A DNA stretch of 64,000 bases from NCBI GenBank assembly GCA_043228905.1, contig JBHGNT010000005.1, positions 14,694,001-14,758,000 on the forward strand, read 5' to 3'. A program made the position numbers and the translations under genes. The stretch comes from Azolla caroliniana (lineage: Eukaryota; Plantae; Polypodiophyta). This document shows, one piece after another, positions 1-15,200 of this stretch (position 1 is the stretch's first letter; each line of letters opens with the position of its first letter). The notes under the pieces were generated by a model. It made no database searches. It was given only the letters and a program-made list of their open reading frames with translations, and was not told where the DNA came from.

Positions 1-288
1 GGCCTCGAGTGGTGTTACCTTCAAAACCAAAAGAAGATAAAGTACCAAACGTTCCTCGGTTTCTCTAGCAATTTCCAGAAAGCAAATGAAAATTGCATAG
101 AATATGTCAAAATAATATAATAGAAAGCCTCAGAAAATTCATTAAAATTAGCACGATCGATTTCGGTTCTAGAAGTGGAAAAAACAGTCACTTTTGGGGG
201 CTAATCTTGACAACATTCTCAAGGAGAAAGGATATGAGGATGCACATCATTTTGATCCAAACATGTCTAGTCATTATGTACCCTCGAA

Positions 289-3200
289 CTATGCTTGTCT
301 TTTATCATTTACCATTCCTTGGAATTCTCTCAAAGCTTCTATAGCTCTACAATACTCCTCTTCTGGAAGTGAGAATCCAAATTGAATGTGTCCAGGAATG
401 CTGCTGCTTCTGCTTAAGTGAAGATTTGTACAATCAGAAATAACTTTTATGATATTGTCATTATCCAGCTCTAACATTTTCGTTGAGCCCAGAGTAGTTT
501 TGTAAGTTATTTGTTTTCCTTCATATGCTTTTGGACTTGCTAACAAAGATACTCCGCCCAAAGGTTTTAAGGGCACCCAACCAAAGTTTCCAAGCATCTG
601 CCAAAATAAAAGTGAGTATGTTTCATGATTCATTGTCACGTCAAATGCTTGTAAGTAAGAAAGGAAAAACTCCAAAAAACCCAAAAAATTATTTCCCCAA
701 ATGTTCTTGTTCAACCCATCAAGCAATTATATGATCAGTTTATCCCCTTTTCCTCACTTTCAGGGGTTGACCACAGCATTTAGGGAAATAATGCACATGT
801 AGGGGCATTTGAGTCAATAGCAAATGAAGTCTTCTTCTTTATTTCAACAAATGCCCTAAATAAAATCTAATCATCAAACGTGCATTTTACCTCACAGAAT
901 GAGTCAGCTCTGTGAAGTAACCAGTTCCTTTGTTGCATCAAATCTTGATGACAAATTCCACCCTCATTGTAGAGCTTCAAAAGCTTCTTCATGGCATACT
1001 TCAGCGTGCCATGGGGCCTGACCATATTCAAATTATCCTTGAAACCTTTCGAAAAGGAATCCTGCACCAAAGCATAACATAGCTCTAACCCCCCTGTTAA
1101 TAATTGCAACGAGAAGTTCCCAAACACTGTTACATTTGAGCAATCAACACCTTTGAGGTTCCAAATTGCATGCTCTTGCAACCCAAACTCTAATCCAGAA
1201 AACGATGTGTCCACAAACAAATGAGCACCAAATTTTGAGCAACAAGATATCAAATCTTCAATCTCAGATTTTGAGTACACCATCCCCGTAGGATAGATTG
1301 TGGGTCCAGTAACATATAGAAAAGGCTTGTCAGATGATCCAAATGCTTCCATTACGACTTTCTCTGTAAGCTTAAAAGAATCGTCTGCCTTAGTATGAAT
1401 GATCTCTACACATGCCCCCAGAAGCTTAGCAGCGTATATATATGCTTCATTAGATCCAGCAACAAAAAACAAAGTCCCACAGACATCTCTACATTGAATT
1501 ACTAATTTCGAAAAGATTGCTTTGGTACTGTCACTAAGAATGATCTCTGATGAAGAATTTACTGGGATTCCAAATTTGATATCGATAAACTTGTAAATCT
1601 CAGGTATTAGATCAGTTTCAACATCGGTAATGTTTTGTCGTGCAAAGCTTTCAAAGATGGCCATTTTCACAGATGTAGGTGTTGGAAGAAGATTTTCAAT
1701 TGAATTCATATATAATTCATCTCCATTTTGTTGTTTATTCAAAACTTTGACTTCCCGAAGACATTCTAGCATATTTTTCGGAACCTCAATCAGATTCGTT
1801 TTTGTCTCTGCAACCGGAGATCTCTGTGGCAAACCAGATAATGACACTCAGTAAGCATTACATAAAATATGCAAGTGTATGCACAACGACAACAGAAGAT
1901 AATACCTGTGGCATGGGATGACGTCCTGGAAGCTGAAAAGTAAGCAATTCTTGAAATAGGCAACCATAATAAAATTGATTGGATACTGCGGTTCCTCCAT
2001 TTAAAAGTTCCCCCATTTTTTCCATGAGGTAAAGAACATCTTCGTTCTCAGAGATGATAAATGCAACTTCCAAATCACAATAAACCTGGCAAGCCATAAA
2101 CACTTTTCAATTCTGAAATAACACTAAAACTCTAATTTCAAATGCTATTATGATCTTACCCTTACAAGAAGTCTATGGCATTTTGGCTCAAGCAGGTAAG
2201 CATTCACAACATTATTTTATACAATTAAGATTTGGCTAAGAAAGAAAGAAAGATATTAACGTTTTTAAGAGGCCATAATGGCATATAAGAACAAACAAGA
2301 GATTACATCTTAAGTCTATGGCATTTTGGCTTAAGCAGGTGAGCATTCACAACATTATTTTATACAGATAATATTTGGCTAAGAAATAAAGATATATTAA
2401 CGTTTTTAGGAGGCTATAATGGCATATAAGAACAAACAAGAGATTACATCTAAGTGTTGTCTCGTCTTTGAGAACAACCAAAATAAAAAATGTTACTAAG
2501 TTTTAAAAAAAAGATCAATAAGATAAAAAGAGACTAAAGAATCTTGTTATCGGCACATGTAAGATTCTCAAGTCAAATATATTGTAATCTTTGTCTTTGA
2601 AAGATCTCTCATATAGGTCGATCCAAAATGGAGAGGTCTTCGAAGCGAGGGAATCACCTAAGATGGCGGGAGATAATGAACTTTATTTGTCGATGACAAG
2701 GGTAATGAGATCGTGATCCATGGAGAAGTTCCAAGCATCGTTGGTCCTCATATTCTATTACCTTCCATAGTGGGCCAAAGCAATGGCATCACCCTCTTAC
2801 TTCAGAAAAGACACCACAGTGACAAACGTAGTGTTCTTCGGATTCCACTCCTTATTTCTTCTAGAGGTACTCGTGCATATCTGCCTACCTCAAACTCAAC
2901 TAATATGATGAAGTTCACAGCTGCCTTATAACACTGGGCAGCACATAGGATAGATGTATGTTCATATACACGATGGCCTGATGATGAATCCATCCTCCAA
3001 TATGTGTCAAAAGTGAGTCTTATAGTGGGCCATCTTCATACCAAGTGATATTTTGGAGCTGATCCATGTTATCTTCTTTTCGAAGTTTAAAATACCCATT
3101 CAGATCACTCTATCTACTATTTTCCACTTTGGTCATGTTTAGATGGGGATAGTCCAAGCTATATTGAAAAGAGGTAGTGCATTTATGCTTATGCATTTCA

Positions 3201-6200
3201 GCATACCAACAATGGGCGTCTCCATGTTCAGCAAGTTGTCTTGATAGCATGAGTGCCAACCTTGAGTACCTTCCTTTAGGAATCTCCCAAAGATGTTGGA
3301 TGCAGGTCGCTGATCAGAATAATGCCTTGATGATTATAGGGCTCCCATCTTTATCCAGATTACGTCATCGAGCGTTGATGCTTTGCTCCTCAGCATGCGG
3401 GCAATCATTGACACTAAAGGTCTTTTTAAATCTTTCCAGTTATTTTCCTTGTTAAGACTTAGTCCCCACGTTTACTCCATAGAGAAGAGCTGGTGTTTAA
3501 TTTCAAATGTGCTTGCAATGTTTTGGCATTCCAACTCAACCCAGTGAACATTCACATATCATATCATACAATAAGTTTCTGATAAGATTCTAACTACATT
3601 ATATTATACACACTTTTTTCAAGACACAGCTAGACTTACTTTATTTTTTAGAAGCCCACATACAATTGTTGCATGATTCGGTAAAGCACGAGCTGCAAGA
3701 TATTGCAGTACTCCATTCGTTCCAGGCATACTAGAAAGCTCTATATGATCAGAAATATCAAGTAGTAAACGTGAACCAACTCTAGCACATGCATCAAGAA
3801 GCCGTTCAAAAGCTGTGCACGATTTCATCTCAAAATCAGCTAGGGTTGAAACAACAACTTGAGGCTTGAGCCGATCAAGAAGCTGTAGGACAAGATCAAC
3901 ACGCTTAGGTGCTTCAATCACCGTGATATTGTTTCCAAATACCTGCTTCACTGGGCAGATTCCGAATTGCTGCATAGAACAAGCTATATTATTAATTTAG
4001 ATCATTATCTTAGAAAATGAAAAAATAGTTGATTTTGTGTTATATAATTTAGGTAATCATCTTAGAATAGTGAAGTCTGTGTAAAAAGTGAGAACAGCAA
4101 TAAGGTACAAACGCACCTTTGCTGAAATAGTAGTCAGCCACTTGTGAGGTAGCAGCATCGTAAGACTTCCATCAACCAAGGCAAGTTCTGGTGAGAAGAG
4201 AGACAAGAAGTACTCAATTGCATGTGCTCTTGAAGGAAAGACGAGAATGTTCTGCCAAAGTTATAAATCCATGTTATCTATAATCACAATGAACGCTTCA
4301 TAAATGGAACAGACAGTTGTGTCTAACAAATAGTTATCTGTTGAAGTAAGACGAAAATTCTTTGAGCACAAGGATGTACAAGGCCATCAGGAAAAAACAA
4401 TATAGAAGATAAAAAGAATTCCCTGCCTACAGATATAGTCCACTCTCTTGAATTCAAATACTTTTAGATGAAGTACCATTCCTTTTACTTGAGGAGCATT
4501 TATCACTACGCATTCATTGTCAGAACTAATTTGCAGAAAGAGAGACAGCGGATGCCTGAAAACAAGGATATATTTTCGAGCAAGAAAATAAAAAGATACA
4601 AGATGCGTAGAAATGCTATGATCCCTTTCTCTTCTACTGTTAGACTTGTAAGTGGGACCACACAAATAATAGGATGGCAAACAAAATAACAATTCATCAG
4701 AGTTGATAGCAATGAAAATTAAATAGGACAAACCCAGAAGGTGACACTTATACTCTGCATAATATGCATGACAGGCAAGGAAAATGACCAATATGCAGAA
4801 CAGGAAAGAAAAAAAATATATATTAACGTCTTTTCAGAAACCAAAATGGCCGATAAGACCAAACAAGAGATTACATCTGAAGTGTTGCCTCATCGTTGAG
4901 AACAACAAATCAAAATAAAATAAATATTACTCAGTAAATTTAAAAGTAAATAAGATAAAAAGAGATGACAGAATCTGGTTTTCGGCACATGTGAGATTAA
5001 CTTTTGTCTTCGAAAGATCTCCAAAGTGAAATTCCCCATCTTTTTCTTAAGATAACGTTTAGAACTTTGATAATGGACAGCAAGGTTCACTGATCTATTG
5101 TATTTTCATACAGCAAGGTTCATTTGTCGCACAACTTTTAACTTAGCCAGAAAAAATTCAAGATTCTACCCACCTGCACACATGGTTTCTAGGAACATAT
5201 AAAAACTAGAAACATAAATTCGCTAGGAAATAGTAAATATTCATGCAAAGAGACTTACCTTTGGGCTTAAGGGTATGCTGTGATATAGACGCAGAAAATC
5301 AGAAATAAGGTTCTTGAATCTTGTTGATCCCACCTGCAGCTCGTAAGGAAGGTGTGATGTTGTTTCAAGTGCACCTGCAAGATGTGCTAGAAAAGGAATC
5401 TTTTCTTCCGCAACTGAATCATCCTCGAAAGAAAGATCCAATGCACCTTTAGTCTCATGGAGACTGTTACTTAAAAACTTGAAGATAGTTTTCACCTGGA
5501 ACATTTTAAGCAAGAAAAACTAGTATCATTTTATGTTAATGATAATTACACTCATATTCTGCACAAGATTTATTGCAGAAAGTTCCCATTTACCTGATTT
5601 GGTTGTCTAAGTTGACAACTATAAACTGAAAGCCCATGTGAAATTTCACCACCAGATTTAGCATGTGCCCATGCAGTCCGTGCACTGATAGGTTCCTCAC
5701 TGACACGACCCATAAAAAACTCAAACCGATGTGGACTGTTATTCTCAATCTCAACCAGTGCTAGAATGTCAGTGTCAGAGGCCTGCAAAAGAAGAATTTG
5801 AAACTTCTAAACACTATCTCACTCTTCTCCATTTACATTGCCATGCACGAATTTAAAAACTACATCAGCTTGGCTCAATCACTAGTGCTTTACTCTTAAA
5901 TAAACCTAGAGCTGAAACCAAGTTTAAGGAAATTTGCATTCTCCGTTCTCTAGATTGGCAAATTTATGCTAAATTCTTAGCGCATATTTACATCTTTGAC
6001 ATATTCTCTCTCTTCAAGTGTCACAACATATTTAACAATCAGCAACGGTTCAGTTCGGTTCAAGAGGGTCCAAACCAAACCGTTTAAATTTTTTTAAACC
6101 TGAACCAAACCGAACCGAACCATGATACCGTTAAACCTAAGCATTAAAAAAATTTCAAACCATTAAGCCATTAAACAGGTAAAACCACAGTTTTGTGGTT

Positions 6201-9200
6201 CTGTTTCGGTTTTCAGCTTAGGTCAAATTTAAATTTTAAAATTTTAAAAATTTAAAAGATTTCATTATTTAAATTTTTAAAATTTTAAAGATTTTCCTAA
6301 AATGTGAAGATAAGGCATGAAAATGAAAAGATTGTTCAAAACCAATTTTTTATAATTTTTTTTATAATTTTTAAAAAAATAAAAAAATAAAAACCATTAA
6401 AACCGCGGTTGAAACCGCGGTTGAAACCGCGGTTGAAACCGCGGTTGAAACCGAACCAAACCGTTAAAAAAATCCAAATCTGAACTGAACCGAACCGTTT
6501 AAACCATTAAGCCATGATTTCGCGGTTTGGTTCGGTTCAAACCGAACAGTTGCCGATTGTTAAGCATATTTTCTTTGCTTTTGGCAAGGTCTTTTCCTAA
6601 GGAGACTTAAACTTTACAAGCCAAATAATTTAGACCTATTTGAGAAATAAAAATGATATATCAACATATTTTACGAGGCCAAAATGGCCTATAAGAACAA
6701 ACAAGAGATTATATATTAAAATGTTGTCATGTGTTTGAGAACAATATACTAAAATAAATATAACAAAGTAAAGAAGTAAATAGAGATAGAACTAAAGAAT
6801 CACATTATCTATATGCAAGATACATAAGTCAAATGGACTATAATTTTTTTCTTCAAAAGAACTCTGGCATAGGTCAATCCAAAATGGAGATATCCCCAAA
6901 GCAAGGTAAGCATCTGCAATACTGGGAGATAATGGCCTTTATCTGTTTTCAACAATTTTTCCCTATGTTTCCTGAGTTCTAGCAAGAACAAACCCAAACA
7001 ATGGTGGTCCTCATAATGCATTGCCTTGAGTTGGGTGCCAAAGCCTTGGTTAAAGAGGTAATGGCATCTCCCTCTTATTTCATAAAAAAACAGTATAGTG
7101 GCAAAATTAGTGTTCTTTAGAATCCACTCCTTGATGACACAATTGGAAATTTATTTCTTGCAGAGGTATGTGTGCATGGCTGACTGGTTCAATCTCTAGC
7201 AGATGTGAAGAGATCCACTGCCACCCTATCACACTACACAGTGAATGTGACAGATTTATATCCATATAAGCTGACCCATTCTATTTGCTTATCCAATTCG
7301 ATAATATGGATTAAGATCATTCTATTGTTTTCCACTTTGTTCGTGTTGAGATGGAGACAATCCAAGCTATCTTAAGACGGTAATGCATTTATGCTTAGGT
7401 CATGGACTTGAACCATTGTTGTGTCTCAGCATACCAACAATCATTATCTCCATGTTCAATACATTGCTTTGATGACATGACAGCCAACCCTGAGTACCTT
7501 TGTTTATGGAGCTCCACAAATCATTGGATATTGTTCATTGATCAGAATAATGGCACAGTGATTATTGGGGCTACTTCCATCTCCCTTTGACTTATATCAT
7601 GGAGCACCAATGCTTTGCTCCTAATCATGTGACAATCATCGAAACTAAAGTTCTCTCCAAATCGATTCAACTATATGCCTTGTGAAGCTAGGTTCTCAGA
7701 TTTCTACTATATAGACAAAAGTCAGTCCGACAATATATCAAATGCCCACAATTTAGTTAATGGTTCTTGGAATTGTATATGTGCACATTGTCTTTATTGG
7801 GCACCAATGCCTGATATGCACAAGAAAGATGAGCACAAGCAACCTCATGTAAGGAGAACCGAGGCCCAATGAATGTTATTCCTAAGTACATGTAGGAATG
7901 TGTATATGCCACCTTTTTCTCTACTTTTATATTTACGGAGTATTACTTATTTTTTTGATTTGTTGTTCTCAAAGACGAGATAATAAGATGTAATCTCTTG
8001 TTTGGTCTTATAGGCCATTTTGGCCTCTTAAAAGACGTTAATATATCTTTCTTTCTTCTTTCTTTCTACTAAGAAGAGTTCTATTTCTGATCTCATTACC
8101 ATGCTTCAATGGTGTTAAACAAAATCACTAGTTTTACCTAGGTTTTTAGACAAACCTTTCTTGCACAAAATGATTTTAAATCATTTAGATGTCTTTGAAG
8201 TCCCTCTAGAAAGTCAAAGTTAAGCACAATGTCCCCAGCATACAGTAATACCTATATAGCTAGACCCACAAATCATACTCATGAACCACCAAATCTTCCT
8301 ATGCAATGTGATACCTCATCGATCTAGATGCCTGAAAAGAGTGGATGATAATAGGCATCCTTGTTTTACGCCAATTGTGCTAGCCACAAACTCCAATCAC
8401 CACTGGGAGATTACACTTTTCCTTTCGCAGATTCAAACAAAGTGTAAAAGAATACGTGCGGAAGCTTAACAGACACAAGCGGGTAACAATAGATAAAAGA
8501 CAAGAGACAAAGAAGATAAGGAAGGTTTGATGGAAAGCTTAATCAACACAGTATAATGGGAGAGACTGAGAGGGCAGAACACAGAAAACTCTATTTCAAA
8601 ACAATACTCTAAAACTTTGTACATAGGATGTGCTCAAAGAGCACTTGTATACAAGTCCATACAGATTGACAGAAGTACTGACTCATACTTCAATGCTCAT
8701 CAATGAGCCCCTACACTAACTCTCAAAATATATTCCTCCGTGGAATATCTATCCAACGGCCTCCCCGTTTACACACCGCTACGGCCTCTCGTTGCGCACC
8801 CAGTTTTCCTGCTCCCTTTCCTGGTCTTTTCTGCCCCTCAAGGTTGGCACGTCGACGTGCCGCAAACCAAGCGCACCCGAGAATTGTCGCAACTTGGCGA
8901 GACCAAGGGGCTTGGTGAAGATGTCGGCAGTCTGCCGATATGTCGGAACATACACTAGTTCAACTTCACCGGAGAGGAGACGCTCGCGAACAAAATGGTA
9001 GAATCTGCCATCCCGAACTTGAAGAGCATACTTAGCACATAATGTCGTTGGCTGATTAGTATGCCTTCGGGGGCACGGATCACTTCGATCCCGAGGAAGT
9101 AATGAAGGTCCCTTAGGTCCTTCATGTCGAATGATGCCGCGAGTTGGGACTTTACGCGGCCGGCACCGATGATGACTAAATCATCAACATAAAGTAAAAT

Positions 9201-12200
9201 ACTAACTGGTCCATGTCGACCTTGCCGAACAAACAATGAAGAGTCCAATTTGAACGTCGCAAACCCCATCCGACGCAGGCGCTGCGTGATCTTCGCGCTC
9301 CACGCGCGCTGGGCTTGTTTTAGTCCATAGAGGGACTTCTTCAGTTGGCATACCGCCGAAGTGTTCTTTTCGGACTAAAATCTGGGGGGGTTGTACCATG
9401 TACACCTATTCCTCAAGTTCTCCTTGCAGGAACGCATTCTTTACATCCATCTGATGTAAATGCCACCCCTTTACCGCGGCTACCGCAAGCAGGGCACGGA
9501 CGGTTGGCATCTTCGCGACCAGCGCAAAGGTCTCATTGTAGTCGATGTCGTGTTGTGCGTATCCCTTCGCCACTAACCGGCACGCCAATTTGCATCCTTC
9601 GCTTCTACGTAGCTCTCCGGCTCACGCACTTCCGCCATTCGCGTCATATACGCATAATGAATGTACTCGTATCCGAACCGCACCACGGGGTTCTTCTGGC
9701 GGGTAGATTGGCGTAATTGCTCATTAGCCGATTTTGAGGCCCTCTTGGCCAATGCAAACTTCGTTTCCGAAGGTCCGTCTTCGTTCTTCTCGGAGTTGGA
9801 TTCGCTTCGATCCGACTCGTCTTTGTCAGTGCCGTACTCCGGCATCTTCTTCTTTCCCTTCTCTTTGCACGTAAACCGTCTCCTCGGCTTCCTACGCGGG
9901 GAATGCACGGCCGAGTCTCTACTACTCGCCGGCTCTGCGTCTGACTGGTCATGCCAACTCAGTTGCTCATTCAGACCACTTAGCCTAAATGAGATCGGAC
10001 TCTCTTCATCGCCTTTCCTCACACAACAGCCAATACCCCCAAACTTGGTAGAGTAATACAAAATAGTTGGTATGATGAGGAATATTGTGATACAAGGAGA
10101 TGCTTGCAACATGATGTAACTCGGGGCATTCATGTGTGAAGGTTTCCCTACTAGATGGACTCAACATACCATTATGCCAATCCTCAAGAGTGGAGACCCC
10201 ATGATGCCAAGCAACTCTAGGACAATGATGATTGGTCATTACTATGCTAAACTATATCGCTCGATTCTAAAGACATATGGGCAGAGCACAATGGCTGCCG
10301 TTCAGCTGGACATGCAGGCTTTCGGAAGGGGTTCACAAATATGGATCACATATTGACCCTTCGAGCCCTTATTGAGAAGGGCAGAGTCCATAATAAGAGG
10401 AGTTTTGTTGCTTTCTGGATTTCCAAAAAGCCTTTGGCATTGTGGCACGTGCTTGGCTTATGCAACAGCCAAAAGCCCTTGGTGTTCCTACATATATGCA
10501 ATGGCGAATCTATGCACTCTCTAAAACTGTGTCAAGCAAAGTGCGGTCTTCCAAGGGCTTGTCATATTCGCGTACGTCCAATTTGATGGACGTACGCGAA
10601 CGTTTGCATACGTTCGCGTATGATACGCGACATTCGTTTGGATTTTTTTTTTCCTTTTGGTTTTTTTTAGTTTTCTTTTTTTATATTAATACTTCGTTAC
10701 GAACAAAAGTGACGTCTAACACACACACACACACCCTCTCTCTCTCACACGAGAACTGACAGATCTTATCTCTCTACAGAATCCAATACACACACTCAAG
10801 GACTGACAGAGCTTCTCTCTCCCTCACGCAGACAAAACCCTTAGCTCCTCTCTCTCTCTCTCTCTCTCTCTAGACATACACTCAACCACTGTCTCCTCAC
10901 ACATGCAAAACAGGGCTTCTCTCTCTAGACCTCTCTCTCTCTCTCTCTCTCTCTCTCAAACACACACACACACTATGTAGTATGTTCATTGTATGTATAT
11001 ATGATTATATCTATGTACCGCGTATGGATTTCAATCATACTCGGAGCCTTTTCACGTATGAGTATGATACGAATATTGGTGTATGAGTATGGCTAGAACT
11101 ATGGTGGAACACACGCTCCTACACATACCTAGTGTAAAGAATCTAAGTCTAGTAGAGTTTAGAATTCAGAAGCGTAGTGTATGTGTGAGAGAGAGAGTGA
11201 ATGTATAAACAAGAGAAGGAATTACAGAGAATAACCAGAAAAATAAGAAAACACACAGTAGGGGGATGACAGCTTATGCACTTAGAGAGCTATATTAATT
11301 ATCTAAAGATCATCAACTAAACTGAATGGCCAAAGGGGGTTTTATATACAAGTCCTCAAGGGACTGCCCTATTAAATGTGTTGGTGGAATCTAACCAAGA
11401 TATCCACTTGAGGACGATTTTGTCATAAGAATATCTAATATTCTTTGACCACACTAACACTCGACAACTACACGAATTACAATAAAGTGTGTTGTCACAC
11501 ACTCGACAACTACACAGATTACAATAAAGTGTGCTCACACACTTTTTCATACATCGTCCTTTTGTTCACACAAGTTGAGCTTGATTCTCAACACGCCCCC
11601 TCAAGGTCAATTGTGTGTCCTCTTAAGCTTGGTTGTCTTGGTGTAGTTGAAGACCCAACTGCAATTGGTCGGACTACTAGACTGTGGTTTTCCCATTGTT
11701 CCTATGTACTCGATCTTGATCTAGCAATGTCGATCTTGCCAATCCAAAATTCCGGGCTTTGGAATGTCTTCCTCTAACTTGCCGGGTCAAGTTGGATTAT
11801 ATGTGCTAGCCTTACTTTGCCAATGCCGGTCTCACTCTTCCTCTTGTATGGTGCTGATTCTCCATGTTTTCCTTCGTCTTTGTACTTTTACTCTCCCCCA
11901 AGCTCAGCATATCGAGTGGCCTAAGGCCTAGATCCACTGAGAATTGTCATAGCTTGTCGAGACATAGCGCCTTAGTGAAAATATCAACCACTTGCATGTT
12001 GGTGCCAACTTATTGGAGGTCAATGTCACCGGCCAATATGCGCTCACGGATGTAATGATAGTGCACCTCGATGTGGTTAGTCCGGGCGTGAAACACTGGA
12101 TTCTTTGCAAGCTGGATGCTGCTGAGATTATCACAGTGGATTAGTATTGGCTTGTTCACCAATTCGTTGAAGTCTTTCAGCAGTCTTTTAAGCCATACAG

Positions 12201-15200
12201 CTTCGCAAGCAGCTACAGTTGCGGCCCTATACTCCACCTCAGTGCTCGATAGAGCAACTGTTGGTTGTTTCTTGCTGCTCCAAGAGACTGCTCCACTACC
12301 GAGTGAAAACATAAATCCCGAAGTGGATCGCCTATAAGATGCATTGCCTACCCAATCAACATCCGTGAAGCCTTCGAGTCGAAGTGGTGCTCCACGCTTA
12401 TAGAAGATACCATAATTAAGTGTTCCACTACTATAACGTAACACTCGCTTAGCACAATCCATGTGAGTGTCGCGGGGGGTTGCCATGAACTGGCTAAGAA
12501 CCCGACCGGATAGCTGAGGTCTGGTCGGGTGATAGTTAGGTAGATAAGACTCCCAATTATTTGGCGATACTGTTTTGGCTCGCAAAATTTTCCAAAATCT
12601 GCAGTTAGCTATACTCCACCTCAGTGCTCGATAGAGCAACTGTTGGTTGTTTCTTGCTGCTCCAAGAGACTGCTCCACTACCGAGTGAAAACATAAATCC
12701 CGAAGTGGATCGCCTATAAGATGCATTGCCTACCCAATCAACATCCGTGAAGCCTTCGAGTCGAAGTGGTGCTCCACGCTTATAGAAGATACCATAATTA
12801 AGTGTTCCACTACTATAACGTAACACTCGCTTAGCACAATCCATGTGAGTGTCGCGGGGGGTTGCCATGAACTGGCTAAGAACCCGACCGGATAGCTGAG
12901 GTCTGGTCGGGTGATAGTTAGGTAGATAAGACTCCCAATTATTTGGCGATACTGTTTCGGCTCGCAAAATTTTCCAAAATCTGCAGTTAGCTTCATATTT
13001 CGATCAAGGGGTGTCGAGATGGACTTACACTCGGTCATTCCGAACTTGTAGAGCAAGTTCAACACATAGTGTCGTTGTGAGAGTAGGAACCCTTCTAGAG
13101 TGTAAGCTTAGCACAATCCATGTGAGTGTCGCGGGGGGTTGCCATGAACTAGCTAAGAACCCCGACCGGATACTTGAGGTCTGGTCGGGTGATCGTTAGG
13201 TAGATAAGACTCCCAATTATTTGGCGATACTGTTTCGGCTCGCAAAATTTTCCAAAATCTGCAGTTAGCTTCATATTTCGATCAAGGGGTGTCGAGATGG
13301 ACTTACACTCGGTCATTCCGAACTTGTAGAGCAAGTTCAACACATAGTGTCGTTGTGAGAGTAGGAACCCTTCTAGAGTGTAAGCTTAGCACAATCCATG
13401 TGAGTGTCGGGGGGGGTTGCCATGAACTAGCTAAGAACCCCGACCGGATAGCTGAGGTCTGGCTGGGTGATAGTTAGGTAGATAAGACTCCCAATTATTT
13501 GGCGATACTGTTTCGGCTCGCAGAATTTTCCAAAATCTGCAGTTAGCTTCATATTTCGATCAAGGGGTGTCGAGATGGACTTACACTCGGTCATTCCGAA
13601 CTTGTAGAGCAAGTTCAACACATAGTGTCGTTGTGAGAGTAGGAACCCTTCTAGAGTTTGAATGACCTCGATGCCGAGTAAATAATGTAAGTCATTCAGA
13701 TCCTTCATCTCGAACTTTTGTAAAAGCAGCTTTTTAATCTTTTGTATCTCGGTGAGACTTTCTCCACCGATGACAAGGTCATCGACATACAAGATTAAGA
13801 AGATGGGGCTTTTGGGATTGTTCTGAACATACAATGAGTTATCAGATTTTGACATCCGGAAGCCAATGTCGTGAAGATATGATGTGATCTTTGAATGCCA
13901 TGCTCTTGGGGCTTGCTTCAGTCCATAGGGCGGCTTCTTCAATCGGCAAACTGCATGTGGATGTTTGTTTGATTCGAAGCCAGGTGGTTGCATCATGTAA
14001 ACTTCCTCCTCGAGCTCACCTTGGAGGAATGCATTCTTCACATCCATTTGATGCAAGTGCCATCCTTTTGCTGCTGCCAGAGCAAAATTACTGTCCTCAC
14101 AAGGTCATTTTTGCCACCGGGGCAAATGTCTCCTCATAGTCTATGCCATGGGTTTGAGCATACTCTTTGGCGACTAGACGAGCCTTGAACCGATTGACCG
14201 TGCCATCCGTATTATGCTTTATCTTGAACACCCAGCGGCAACCAATTGGCTTTTTCTTGATTTCAGAGGATGGGACTAAATCCCAAGTATCGTTGTCAAA
14301 CAACACGCGCATCTCCTCCCTCATTGCCTCAATCCACCGGGGAACTTGGGCAGCTTCTTTGTAAGTCTCAGGTTCTTGGTCTGCTGCGACCTTCATCATG
14401 AATGCATAGTGGTGGGCCATGTACTCATTGTACCCGAACCTAACTATCGGGCTCTTTTGTCTGTTCGATTGATGGAGTTTTCCTTTGGTCATTTCCGGGG
14501 CCTTCTTCATTTCATACTTGTTGTGGACCGATCGGGATGGATGATCTAAGTCTTCACTGGATGTCATGTCCTTGGCCTCTTGCTCAGGCATCTTGCCCTT
14601 TTCTTTCTTTCTACGGGTGTAGCACAAAGGTGACAGCACATCAGAGGTTTCTTCATGCTGTGCAAGACTCTGATTGCTGGATGACACCTCAGGTCCAATC
14701 AGCTAGAGTGTGGGCAGACTCTCTGCTGGTTCTCCACCCATAATGGTCGTTAGCATCTCTTCTTCTTCACTCTGAGAATCTGCTCCAGATCTGCTTGTTT
14801 CGAGCACGGTGGGGGTCACTAATGTTGGGCCATACCATGGTGTCACCTCATCAAATACCACATCTCGGCTTACTCGTGACTGTCGAGTGATGGGGTTAAA
14901 ACACTTGTAACCCTTTTGCTCAAGTGAGTAACCAACGAGGATCATCTTCTCTGATTTTGGGTCAAGCTTTCTCCGCTTCTCATCGGGGACATGCACAAAT
15001 GCAATGCTGCCAAAAACCTTCAAGTGCGAAAGGTCTGGCTTTGTCCCAAAATACTTTTCGTGAGGGGTGATGTCATGGACACCCTCGGTTGTGCACCTAT
15101 TGATGAGATACACAGCCGTAACTGCTGCCTCTGCCCAATAGATCTTGGGCAAGTTCTTCTCATGCAGCATGGCGCGGGCCATCTCAAGAATTGTACGATT

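Noticed and set aside
6400-6452. Palindromic 12-bp repeats (aaaccgcggttg)x4, and other short repeats, as a CRISPR-like array
   Set aside because: There are no spacers or cas genes and the context is eukaryotic; these are MITE subterminal repeats.
6031-6563. TTAA flanks suggesting piggyBac
   Set aside because: An 8-bp TSD (7/8 match) with TA-starting TIRs and AACCG motifs fits hAT better.
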